Position numbers and translations under genes: made by a program | Origin: Candidatus Aminicenantes bacterium | GTDB taxonomy: Bacteria > Acidobacteriota > Aminicenantia > Aminicenantales > Saccharicenantaceae | Length of the DNA: 64,000 nt | Reading direction: 5' to 3' | Assembly: GCA_002877915.1 (NCBI GenBank) | Contig: PNJE01000009.1 | Location: 3,061-67,060 of the forward strand | Notes under the pieces: model-generated | Databases searched by the model: none | Told to the model about the DNA's origin: nothing | The model's input: only the letters and a program-made list of their open reading frames with translations | Part shown: positions 20,627 to 29,035 of the stretch, in pieces | Layout: each line of letters opens with the position of its first letter | Position numbering within the stretch: the first letter of the stretch is position 1

Positions 20627-22307
20627 CTTTTTCCCTCTTGCGAGCCATCATTCTGTTCATAATGGCCTGCTGAGCTATTTGAAGAACATTATTAGTCAAC
20701 CAATAAAGAACCAACCCAGCCTGAAAATTCATAAAGAAAATTGTAAAAATAAAAGGCATTAATAGCATCATTTTTTGCTGAGCCGGGTCGGCTGAAGAAG
20801 GAGTCATTTTCTGGGAAATGTACTGAGTTACCCCCATTAAAATCGGAGTAACATAATACGGATCTTTGACTGACAGGTCTTTAATCCAGAAAACAAACGG
20901 ACTGTGTCGGAATTCCACTGCTACGACTAACATTCGGAAAAAACCCCAAAAAACCGGGAGCTGAATCAGCAGTGGAAGACAGCCGGAAGCCGGATTTATT
21001 CCATGCTCTTTATAGAGACGCATCAGCTCTTCATTCATTTGTCGTCTCTGTTCCATATCCTGCTTGGCCTTTTTATATTTAGCCCGGAGAGCTTTAATTT
21101 TTGGCTGTAGCTCCTGCATTTTAGCCATCGACTTAGTTGAGCTATAGGTCAGAGGGAAGAAAAGAATTTTTATGACTAAGGTCATAAGAATTATAGCTAC
21201 CCCCCAGTTCGGGAAAAATTTATGGATAAATTTAGTGGCCAGAAGCAGAACTTCAGCCACTCCCCCAAAGAAACCAAAATTGATGATTTTTTTAGCCTGA
21301 TGGCCATAGGCACTCAATCTATCATATTCTTTTGGCCCGAGGTAAGCTTCTGACGGGTGGCTGAAAGCTAAATAATAATAGCGGACTGTCCCCGGCTGAT
21401 TCCCATTCTGGGGCTCAGCCAAATCAATTCTATAGGCAAAAGCCTGGCTTTTTAAGGGATCAAGAATAAAAAGAGCGGCAAAATAGTTCTCTTCGTATCC
21501 AGCCCAGGTTAGATAAGCATAATGGGTGGCTTCATTTTCGGGCCGGATGTTCTTTTCCTGAATCCTAATCACTTTCCCGCCGGTCAGAAAAGCCGCTCCC
21601 CGACTGGCACTAAATTTCTGCTTGATTTCTTCTGGACTTATAGTTCCTATTCCTGGGCCCCAGAGAATTAAAGGGTCGACCTCTTTTCCGCCTATTTCCA
21701 CCTTGATTTTCAGGGCAAAACTATAATCTTTCCCATTGAAATCAAATTCTTTTCTAATAATTACACTTTTCCCATCGGAATACTCAAATAAAAGCCTCCC
21801 GCTTTGACCATCCTCAAGAGTCAACCGGTCAGTTTTTATCTGGTAAAGGGCCTGATTGGCTTTATCTGTCAAGGCTTGATCATCCAGCTTCAAAGAAAAA
21901 GGAAAAAGACCGGTTTTTTGGGCTGAATCCGGAACCAGGTCCAGCAGTTCAGGTTCAGGGTTTTTCTTATCAGGCAATTTTTCTAGCTGGTGCTTCAATT
22001 TCCAGCTCTTCAGGATGCCACCTCGGTTACTCCAGACAGCAATATATAAAGGGGTTTCTATAGTTACATTTTCTTCTTTTTCTGCCGTCACCAGCTCTCC
22101 CTTAACCGCTGTCCCAGGTTCGGGTGTGGGATTAACCGGTTGGGTTTCTTTGGGCTTAGCCTTTTCGGCTGCTGGGCTGGCCTTCTGGGCAACTGATGAT
22201 TGCTCCAATGGTTTAGGCACTGGATTATGAGGCTTGATGAAAAGCAACTGGTAAAGGAAAAGAATTAAAAATGAAAGGAAAATAGCCAGAATTAATCGTC
22301 TTTCCAT
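20604..22307 (-). CDS. yidC: membrane protein insertase YidC
   Basis: 567 aa. N-terminal TM helix, large periplasmic domain, and a C-terminal 5-TM 60-kDa insertase core (GCLPLLIQLPVFWGFF). Confidence 0.95.
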   Translation of the reverse strand: MERRLILAIFLSFLILFLYQLLFIKPHNPVPKPLEQSSVAQKASPAAEKAKPKETQPVNPTPEPGTAVKGELVTAEKEENVTIETPLYIAVWSNRGGILKSWKLKHQLEKLPDKKNPEPELLDLVPDSAQKTGLFPFSLKLDDQALTDKANQALYQIKTDRLTLEDGQSGRLLFEYSDGKSVIIRKEFDFNGKDYSFALKIKVEIGGKEVDPLILWGPGIGTISPEEIKQKFSASRGAAFLTGGKVIRIQEKNIRPENEATHYAYLTWAGYEENYFAALFILDPLKSQAFAYRIDLAEPQNGNQPGTVRYYYLAFSHPSEAYLGPKEYDRLSAYGHQAKKIINFGFFGGVAEVLLLATKFIHKFFPNWGVAIILMTLVIKILFFPLTYSSTKSMAKMQELQPKIKALRAKYKKAKQDMEQRRQMNEELMRLYKEHGINPASGCLPLLIQLPVFWGFFRMLVVAVEFRHSPFVFWIKDLSVKDPYYVTPILMGVTQYISQKMTPSSADPAQQKMMLLMPFIFTIFFMNFQAGLVLYWLTNNVLQIAQQAIMNRMMARKREKDGKRRKK

Positions 22308-22315
22308 AATCTCCT

Positions 22316-22525
22316 CTAAGGAACTGGATCTATACCACCTTCATGAAAAGGATGGCACCTTAATATTCTTTTCCCCCCCAGCCAGCTCCCTTTTATTAGT
22401 CCATACTTTTTGATAGCTATATATGTATATTCTGAACAGGTAGGGTAATAGCGGCAATTATGCCCAAAAAGGGGAGAAATCAATAGCTGATAAATTCTAA
22501 TCAGCCCAAGGGCAATAAATTTCAT
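22316..22525 (-). CDS. yidD: membrane protein insertion efficiency factor YidD
   Basis: 69 aa with the [10 protein letters not shown] signature. Confidence 0.93.
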   Translation of the reverse strand: MKFIALGLIRIYQLLISPLFGHNCRYYPTCSEYTYIAIKKYGLIKGSWLGGKRILRCHPFHEGGIDPVP

Positions 22526-22541
22526 TTAAGCTCCGTCTTTT

Positions 22542-22895
22542 TCATCCTGAATTTTTACCTGATAATCGACCTAAGGTCGCTTCAAATTCTTCTTTTATTT
22601 CCGGCCAGCCGAGACTAGTAATTTCTTCCCGGGCTATAAACACCAGATCGTATGGTCTGGGAAGGAGGCCTTTATTTCTCCTGAACAATTCTCTGAACCA
22701 TCTTTTTATCCTGTTACGAACGACGGCTTTGCCTATCTTTTTACTGACCACCACACCCAATCGGGAATACTGGAAGCTCGTAGGCCTAAAAATCAAGTTA
22801 AAATATCTTCCTTTTATCCGATGGCCCTTCTTATAAAGTTCTAAAAAATCCTTCTTCCTTCTTATTCTTTCTATCGGTCTAAGACGCTCATCCAT
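22542..22895 (-). CDS. rnpA: RNase P protein component
   Basis: 117 aa, basic. Carries the RNR-like motif (KAVVRNRIKRWFRE) and the conserved position after rpmH. Confidence 0.92.
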   Translation of the reverse strand: MDERLRPIERIRRKKDFLELYKKGHRIKGRYFNLIFRPTSFQYSRLGVVVSKKIGKAVVRNRIKRWFRELFRRNKGLLPRPYDLVFIAREEITSLGWPEIKEEFEATLGRLSGKNSG

Positions 22896-23029
22896 CAGAC
22901 CGCGAGTCTTTTGCGCCCCTTGGCTCTTCTGCTTTTTATAACTTTCTGGCCGCCCTTGGTGCTCATTCTGACCAGGAAGCCATGCGTCTTCTTCCGGCGC
23001 CGGTTATTAGGCTGAAATGTTCTCTTCAT
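22895..23029 (-). CDS. rpmH: 50S ribosomal protein L34 (not in supplied ORF track; below size cutoff)
   Basis: Hand translation of the reverse strand gives [44 protein letters not shown] (44 aa). The stop TGA shares its A with the rnpA ATG. Confidence 0.93.
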   Translation of the reverse strand: MKRTFQPNNRRRKKTHGFLVRMSTKGGQKVIKSRRAKGRKRLAV

Positions 23030-23060
23030 TTTGCACTCGCTTCAGTAGATTTAAGCTTGT

Positions 23061-23090
23061 ATCTTAAACGAAGACAAGCATTTCTGTCAA
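23061..23090 (-). promoter_or_regulatory. candidate promoter of the rpmH-led gene string
   Basis: On the minus strand: TTGACA (23090-23085), 18-nt spacer, TAAGAT (23066-23061), about 30 nt before the rpmH ATG. Motif match only. Confidence 0.3.
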
Positions 23091-23132
23091 GTGCTCTGAA
23101 AAGGTCTCCTGAAGGATAGGCCCATAGTTAGT

Positions 23133-23161
23133 TTGACTGTCTGCTTAAGATAAACTATAAT
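23133..23161 (+). promoter_or_regulatory. near-consensus sigma70-type promoter immediately upstream of carD
   Basis: TTGACT (23133-23138), exactly 17 nt spacer, TATAAT (23156-23161). The carD ATG lies 10 nt after the -10 with no Shine-Dalgarno between. Confidence 0.5.
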
Positions 23162-23170
23162 CTAAATGAA

Positions 23171-23689
23171 ATGGATTCTCTTAAAATTGGAGACAAGGTA
23201 ATATACCCGGCTCAGGGGATAGGAATTATAGAAGATATTCAAGAAGAATCTTATAATGGTCAATCGTTCCGAACTTTTCACATCCGGTTGCTCTGCAATA
23301 ATACTCTGGTGGTAATACCCAGTTCTTCCGCCCGGGAAATCGGTCTCCGGCGACCAGTCTCAGAAAAGGGGATAAATCGTTTTTTTAACTTCATCAAGAA
23401 ATGTCCGGTTGATATTGGCTCAGACTGGAAGGATCGATATAAAGAAAATTTCGACCTGATGAAATCCGGGCAATTAGAGGATATCGCCTTAGTTTATAAA
23501 ACTCTTTACCTTTTAAGTCAGACTAAGGCCCTTTCTTTCCGAGAAAAAAAAATGATGGAAAAAGCCAGGGAGCTGATAATAAGCGAGCTATCTGCTTCCA
23601 GCTGCCTCCCCCCACAAAAAATCAGCAGCCGTCTTGACCATACTCTTCTAAGCTGCTGGAAAGACCTGAAAGTTGGATCTGAATTTTAA
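23171..23689 (+). CDS. carD: CarD/CdnL-family RNA-polymerase-binding transcription regulator
   Basis: 172 aa. N-terminal Tudor-like CarD_CdnL_TRCF pattern (LKIGDKVIYPAQGIGIIEDI). Confidence 0.85.
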   Translation: MDSLKIGDKVIYPAQGIGIIEDIQEESYNGQSFRTFHIRLLCNNTLVVIPSSSAREIGLRRPVSEKGINRFFNFIKKCPVDIGSDWKDRYKENFDLMKSGQLEDIALVYKTLYLLSQTKALSFREKKMMEKARELIISELSASSCLPPQKISSRLDHTLLSCWKDLKVGSEF

Positions 23690-23699
23690 TTGACCACCG

Positions 23700-24965
23700 A
23701 TGTTAATTCAAGTTGGACTTTTTCTGCTTTTTTTAATTTTGAGCGCGGTCTTTTCTTCTTCTGAAACTGCCTTTATTTCGACGAATCCTTATACTCTTGA
23801 GTACCTGGAGCAAAAAGGTTCAAAACGAGCTCGATTAATTAAAAAAACTCTGATGCACCTCAATGAACTGTTGGCGACCATTTTGATAGGTAATACCCTG
23901 GCCAATGTGGCCGCTGCTTCCTTAGCCACCTCTATTTTTGTCCGCCTTTATTCTGATCAGAGTAAAGCTATTCTGATGGCAACTCTGGCAACCACCATCT
24001 TGATTTTGCTATTCGCCGAAATTAATCCTAAAATTATTGCCGCCCACCGGCCAATTAAAACAGCCTCTTTTTTTATTTATCCTATCCGACTAATTTCCAT
24101 GCTCCTTTATCCTTTGACCAAACTTTTTTCTCTTCTGCCTTCGCTTATTTTACCCCCAGAAGAAAGGTCTGGCCGGATTTTCGGTCGTCCGTTAAGTGAA
24201 GAAGAAATTAAAGTAATAATTACTTCGGGCGGCCAGGGCTTATCCCGGTTTCGCCAGAAAATGCTGACCGGGGTACTGGACTTAAGTAACCGTCCAGTTA
24301 AAGAAATAATAATTCCCAGAACAGAAGTCCGGGCTCTGGAAATAAATTCTTCTTTAGAAGAGGTCATCACCCTCGTTCGAGAATGCGGTCATTCTCGCTA
24401 CCCCGTTTACAGGGAAAGGATTGATAATATTGAAGGCTTATTTCATTCGAGGGACCTCCTGACCTTTTTTCAGTCTGACCGCAGATTTAATCTTAAGGAC
24501 TGGCTTCGTCAACCTCTCTTTGTGCCAGAACTTGCCAGCATAGAAAAAGTATTGCTGCAGATGCAGGAGAAGGCCATCCACCTGGCTTTGGTCGTTGACG
24601 AATTTGGAAGCTTTGAAGGGATTGTTTCCCTCGAAGACATATTAGAAGAAATCGTTGGCGACATCAAAGATGAATATGACCGGAAAACAGAAAGCTGGTA
24701 CCAAAAAATAAAAGAGGGGGAATTTATTATCAAAGGTTCTGCCGCCATTAAGGAAATTAACGAAACTCTAAATCTTAACCTGCCAGAGAATAAATATTAC
24801 ACTACCCTGGCTGGTCTTTTCCTTTATCACTACGGCCATTTGCCAACCGAAAAAGCTGTCGTCCAAGTGAACCATCTGGAAGTGGCCGTAGAAAAAATGA
24901 ATAAACGGCACCTGAGTTTACTCCGGGTAAAAGTTTTAATGCCCGAGTCAACTGGAGAAGCCTGA
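23700..24965 (+). CDS. CNNM/HlyC-CorC family membrane protein (DUF21, CBS pair, CorC_HlyC)
   Basis: 421 aa. N-terminal 4-TM DUF21 (SSSETAF), a CBS pair, and a C-terminal CorC/HlyC-type domain. Confidence 0.88.
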   Translation: MLIQVGLFLLFLILSAVFSSSETAFISTNPYTLEYLEQKGSKRARLIKKTLMHLNELLATILIGNTLANVAAASLATSIFVRLYSDQSKAILMATLATTILILLFAEINPKIIAAHRPIKTASFFIYPIRLISMLLYPLTKLFSLLPSLILPPEERSGRIFGRPLSEEEIKVIITSGGQGLSRFRQKMLTGVLDLSNRPVKEIIIPRTEVRALEINSSLEEVITLVRECGHSRYPVYRERIDNIEGLFHSRDLLTFFQSDRRFNLKDWLRQPLFVPELASIEKVLLQMQEKAIHLALVVDEFGSFEGIVSLEDILEEIVGDIKDEYDRKTESWYQKIKEGEFIIKGSAAIKEINETLNLNLPENKYYTTLAGLFLYHYGHLPTEKAVVQVNHLEVAVEKMNKRHLSLLRVKVLMPESTGEA

Positions 24966-25417
24966 TGAAGATTATGGCCACCAACAAAAATGCCTATCAT
25001 AATTATGAAATCCTCGAAACTTTTGAAGCTGGAATTGCTCTGACTGGAAGCGAAGTTAAATCCATAAGAGAAGGACGAGTAAGCTTGAAGGAAAGTTACG
25101 CCGATTTTAACGGCCATGAACTTTTTCTATTAAATTGTAACATCAGCCCTTATAATGCGGCCAATATTTTCAATCATGAGCCTCTCCGACCCCGCCAGCT
25201 TCTCCTTCATAAAAGGGAATTAAAAAGATTAGCCGGCAAAGTCCAAGAAAAAGGTCTGACCCTCATTCCCCTCAAAGTTTATCTCAATGATCGGGGATTA
25301 GTAAAAATCGAACTGGCTTTAGGCCGCGGCAAAAAAATCTATGAAAAGAGAGAGGATATTAAGAAAAGGGACGTAGAAAGAGAAATCCAGGCCGAACTCA
25401 AAAAAAGGCGCTTCTGA
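24965..25417 (+). CDS. smpB: SsrA-binding protein SmpB
   Basis: 150 aa. Pattern NKNAYHNYEILETFEAGIALTGSEVKSIR. The start overlaps the preceding stop. Confidence 0.96.
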   Translation: MKIMATNKNAYHNYEILETFEAGIALTGSEVKSIREGRVSLKESYADFNGHELFLLNCNISPYNAANIFNHEPLRPRQLLLHKRELKRLAGKVQEKGLTLIPLKVYLNDRGLVKIELALGRGKKIYEKREDIKKRDVEREIQAELKKRRF

Positions 25418-25689
25418 TTATCTCTAATTATCTAAGAACCACTTTTAACAAGATTTAGTTTTCTCTGGAATCAAGGCATCTAAGAACTTAATAACGCCAG
25501 TCACCCGAAGATAAAGCTGATATCTTATAATCAATAAAAAATTCAGCAAATTTTCAGATATCAAAAATGAAACTTCCAATCATTATCGCCAGATTAGCAG
25601 GAAGATGGCTGATTCAAGATGGTTTATAATGATAAGAACTAATTCTCACTTCGTAATAAGCTTAACTTATGTGGAAAAGGCCAAGTATT

Positions 25690-26661
25690 TTATCCTTCTT
25701 TAACTTTGGAGGCATTCCAGGCTAACCACAACGCCTCCTTCAAGCTTAAATAGCTGGCCAGCCCCTTCCCGGCCAGGTCAAAGGCTGTCCCATGATCAGG
25801 AGAAGTCCTGATAAAAGGCATCCCCAGGGTAAGGTTGACCCCTGATTGAAAAGAAATAAGTTTGAAAGGAATCAGGCCCTGGTCATGATATAAACAGATA
25901 ACTAGTTTATCTGGTCGGTCAACCCCCTGAAGAAAAACGGTATCAGGTGGAAAAGGACCATTAAGGTTAATCTTCCGCTTTCTGGCTTCAATTACCGCCG
26001 GAATTATTTCATTTTGTTCTTCCAATCCCATAATCCCGCCCTCACCGGCATGAGGATTCAAACCGCACATCAGGAATTCTTTTATCCCTAAATTCCAAAG
26101 TTTTAAGCTTTGGTCAAGGTTAATGATGAAATTTACCAAAGATTCTTTTTTAACTCGATCAATCGCTTCTTTCAGTGGAAGGTGATGGGTAAATAGAGCC
26201 AGTTGCAGCCGATTTGACCAAAAACTCATAATAGCGTGGGGATATAATTTTTCCAAATACTCAGTATGCCCTCTATATTTTATACCAGCTAACTGCCAGG
26301 AAGTTTTTGATACAGGAGCGGTTACCATGGCCTTAATTTCTTCTTTCCGAGCCGCTTCGACCGCTGATTCAAAAAAATAAAAAGAAGCCAGCCCGTTTTC
26401 AGCTGAGGGCATTCCGCAGACGACCTCATCTAAGGGGCGCCCTATTTCTTTTATGGTTATTTTCTGCTGGGCCAGCACTCGGTTTAACCAATCAGCTTTA
26501 TGCCCGAGCTTTTCTGACCAGTTTTCTAGAATAACTCTTTGCCCAAAAATAATAACCTCAGCCGGCGGTAGTTCTGAAGGGTGTTCTAAAAGGCGAATGA
26601 CGATTTCCGGCCCTATGCCTCCTGGATCCCCAAGAGTCAAGCCGATCTTAGTAGATTTCAT
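25690..26661 (-). CDS. pdxA: 4-hydroxythreonine-4-phosphate dehydrogenase PdxA family
   Basis: 323 aa. PdxA pattern (GDPGGIGPEI, GLNPHAGEGG, RTSPDHGTAFD). Confidence 0.92.
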   Translation of the reverse strand: MKSTKIGLTLGDPGGIGPEIVIRLLEHPSELPPAEVIIFGQRVILENWSEKLGHKADWLNRVLAQQKITIKEIGRPLDEVVCGMPSAENGLASFYFFESAVEAARKEEIKAMVTAPVSKTSWQLAGIKYRGHTEYLEKLYPHAIMSFWSNRLQLALFTHHLPLKEAIDRVKKESLVNFIINLDQSLKLWNLGIKEFLMCGLNPHAGEGGIMGLEEQNEIIPAVIEARKRKINLNGPFPPDTVFLQGVDRPDKLVICLYHDQGLIPFKLISFQSGVNLTLGMPFIRTSPDHGTAFDLAGKGLASYLSLKEALWLAWNASKVKEG

Positions 26662-27048
26662 TTATTTTTTTTTGCTGTCTGAAGTCTCGGTTTTTTGAGG
26701 CCGACCAGGATCCTCGTTCTTGTTTTGCTCCCGGGATCTTTCCAGCTGTTCCGGCTTATAAATGTATTTTACCTGCCGCTTATAAATCAACAAATTAGGG
26801 GCGTGCTGACGATTTAGTTTAAAACAATTTCGATCATACCATTCAATATAGCCTTCTACCTCCTCGCCATCAGCAAAGACGACAGCCATCAGAGTCTTTT
26901 TATTCATCTGCTTGAGAAAATAATAATTCTCGGCATGAGTATCGATTGGTGGAGCGACTTTTTTCCGGGCGGCCTCCCTTTCCTTGGCTTCTTGAGTCAT
27001 TTTTTCCTTGACTTCGGTAAGATTAGGACGGATAAGCTTTCTTTGCAT
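26662..27048 (-). CDS. Sm/Hfq-like domain protein with basic N- and C-terminal tails
   Basis: I start at the ATG at 27048 (GAGGG 6 nt upstream) rather than the track's TTG at 27120. The core LMAVVFADGEEVEGYIEWYDRNCFKLNRQHAPNLLIYKRQVKYIY parallels the Hfq Sm1/Sm2 pattern (V.V.L..G..L.G.IE.FD......L.......VYKHAI..V). The stop abuts the pdxA ATG. Confidence 0.55.
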   Translation of the reverse strand: MQRKLIRPNLTEVKEKMTQEAKEREAARKKVAPPIDTHAENYYFLKQMNKKTLMAVVFADGEEVEGYIEWYDRNCFKLNRQHAPNLLIYKRQVKYIYKPEQLERSREQNKNEDPGRPQKTETSDSKKK

Positions 27049-27466
27049 TAAAGCCCTCGCTAAAAGTGAATACAGAATATTTATTGATTTTATGTTAACA
27101 CCTATATTGTCAAAATGCAATAAAAATCCAGCGCCAAAACTTTTTAAATTTTTAAGTTAAAAAACCACCGGAGGCCAATATTTGTTTTTGGGAAATCTTC
27201 TCCACTTCTAAAATTCGGTCAGGATAAGTTTGGCCTAAGTTTAACCCCAATCCAGCTTTATCGGTCATGTTTTTCCTCTTCTTACAGCAGAAACAAAAAT
27301 TGCCAAGCTCAAAGCTAAAAGTAATTCGAGACCCAATTTTTTAAATCCGGGAAGAAGAGATAATCTCTAGAAAATCGCTTCGGCCACTCGTTAATTCTGA
27401 TAGCTTTTAATTAAGATTGATTTGTTTTTGACTTCAGAAAGATAAAAGCAGTAAAATTAAAAAATT

Positions 27467-27730
27467 ATGAGGCCGAGCTTAGAATCACTTCGCTGGCTGC
27501 TATTCCTGGCCGCAATAATATCTCTAACCAATATTGTAATTCATGATTTCTCCTGCCATGAAGAATTGCACCGGTTGGCCAGCCCTATTCACCATGCTTT
27601 TAATTTTCTCGATAATAATTTTCTCGACCTTGGCCAGGCCGACCATCAAAGCCACAGCCTGCTTTACATAAATTTATCCTTAGCCCTACCTTCAGGATTT
27701 ACTCCATCAATTTTCCATCCGCCTGATTGA
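27467..27730 (+). CDS. hypothetical small His-rich protein with one N-terminal hydrophobic helix
   Basis: 87 aa with 8 His (IHDFSCHEELHRLASPIHH...DHQSH...FHPP). Lies 43 nt upstream of, and co-directional with, the Cus/Czc-type operon. No clear Shine-Dalgarno, so coding status is uncertain. Confidence 0.35.
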   Translation: MRPSLESLRWLLFLAAIISLTNIVIHDFSCHEELHRLASPIHHAFNFLDNNFLDLGQADHQSHSLLYINLSLALPSGFTPSIFHPPD

Positions 27731-27772
27731 CCTCCAGACTCAAACCATCAAATTACTTCGCTGGAGGTTAAA

Positions 27773-29005
27773 ATGTGGTTTTACATTTTATCATTGTCCT
27801 GGGCTATGGCTTTTAGCCACCAGATAGCTGCGCCCGAGCCACTGCCTTTGACAATTGAGAAGGCTGTCCAAATCGCCTTGGAAAAAAATCCCTCTATCCA
27901 GATGTTGAATCAAGAGATCGAGTCAGCCCGGGCTCAAACTTTGATGGCTACCGCTTGGCCCGAGGCTGAAGCTGGTTTTAGCACTGAAGGATTAGGACTT
28001 TCTAAGGTCGCCAGGAAAAACGAAACTGAATATAGTTTAGGATTAGCCCAACCTTTTCCCTTCCCGGGGAAGCTAAAGCTTCAAAATGAAATTGGAAAAT
28101 ATTATGAATTAGAATCCAGGTTAAGGCTGGAAAAAGAAAAGATTATTTTATCTTCTGAGGTAAAAGAAGCTTATTATCAGTGCCTTCTAAATCAAAACAA
28201 AGAAGAAACTCTTCAAAGAAATCAAGAATGGCTCAAAGAAATAGAAAGGAATGCTCTTTCGCTTTACGCCCTCGGAAAAGTTCCATATACCGATGTTATT
28301 CGTCTAAGGCTGGAAATAGCCCGGACAAAGAACGATTGGCTGGAAGTCAAAAGAGAATTGCTTTCCAGTTTTTACCGGCTCAATTTGCTTCTCGGATTAG
28401 AAAACGGGACAAAATTAAAACTACTCTCTCCTCTTCAACACCTGCCGAGGCCTGAGCTAACCGAGATACAGCTGGAGAAGGCCCGGGAAATCAGCCCCAC
28501 TCTCCAATTAGCTGCTATGAAAAAAAGGCGCTCGGAGTTGCAAATCAGACTGGCAGAAAAAGATAGATGGCCAGATTTCAGTTTAGGGCTTTTTTCCCCG
28601 AGCCACCGGGTGGGAGCTATAGGCTTTTCTTTCAATTTAAGTTACCCATTATTCTCGAGAAGGAAACTAAAGGGGGAAAAATTATTGGCTCAAGCTGAGT
28701 GGGAAAAAGCCCTCGTTTCAGTTCAGGCCACTGAAAGGTTTTACCAAGTCCGAAAGAAAGAAGCCCTGGACCAGGTCCTCCAGGCTGAACAACAGGTCAA
28801 GATCTTCGAAGAAAATCTCCTAACCGAAATGGACGCCGCTTTGAAAAAGGCTTTGAGCGATTATCAATTAGGGAAAATCGATTCTTTGAATCTTCTTGAC
28901 CTTTACAGAAGTTCAGCCCAGGTCGAACTTGAATATTACCGAGCTCTATATCTTTACTTGAGTGCTTTAGCCGAGCTAGAAAGAGCCGGTGAGGATTATG
29001 AATAG
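27773..29005 (+). CDS. TolC-family outer membrane factor of heavy-metal RND system (CusC/CzcC-like)
   Basis: 410 aa with two OEP repeats and a coiled-coil pattern. GGAGG Shine-Dalgarno. First gene of the C-B-A order. Confidence 0.85.
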   Translation: MWFYILSLSWAMAFSHQIAAPEPLPLTIEKAVQIALEKNPSIQMLNQEIESARAQTLMATAWPEAEAGFSTEGLGLSKVARKNETEYSLGLAQPFPFPGKLKLQNEIGKYYELESRLRLEKEKIILSSEVKEAYYQCLLNQNKEETLQRNQEWLKEIERNALSLYALGKVPYTDVIRLRLEIARTKNDWLEVKRELLSSFYRLNLLLGLENGTKLKLLSPLQHLPRPELTEIQLEKAREISPTLQLAAMKKRRSELQIRLAEKDRWPDFSLGLFSPSHRVGAIGFSFNLSYPLFSRRKLKGEKLLAQAEWEKALVSVQATERFYQVRKKEALDQVLQAEQQVKIFEENLLTEMDAALKKALSDYQLGKIDSLNLLDLYRSSAQVELEYYRALYLYLSALAELERAGEDYE

Positions 29006-29035
29006 GGCTGAGCAATTGAGAGAAAGGAGATTAAT

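Noticed and set aside
23030-23170. Divergent intergenic region upstream of rpmH as oriC.
   Set aside because: It is only 141 bp and is occupied by two outward-facing promoter-like motifs. I found no TTATCCACA-like DnaA boxes or AT-rich unwinding repeats on reading it.
25418-25689. Possible tmRNA (ssrA) downstream of smpB.
   Set aside because: The 272-bp gap is AT-rich and lacks a GGGG-type 5' acceptor arm, a tRNA-like T-loop/CCA-proximal end, or a tag-peptide ORF ending in ...ALAA. ssrA is evidently elsewhere.
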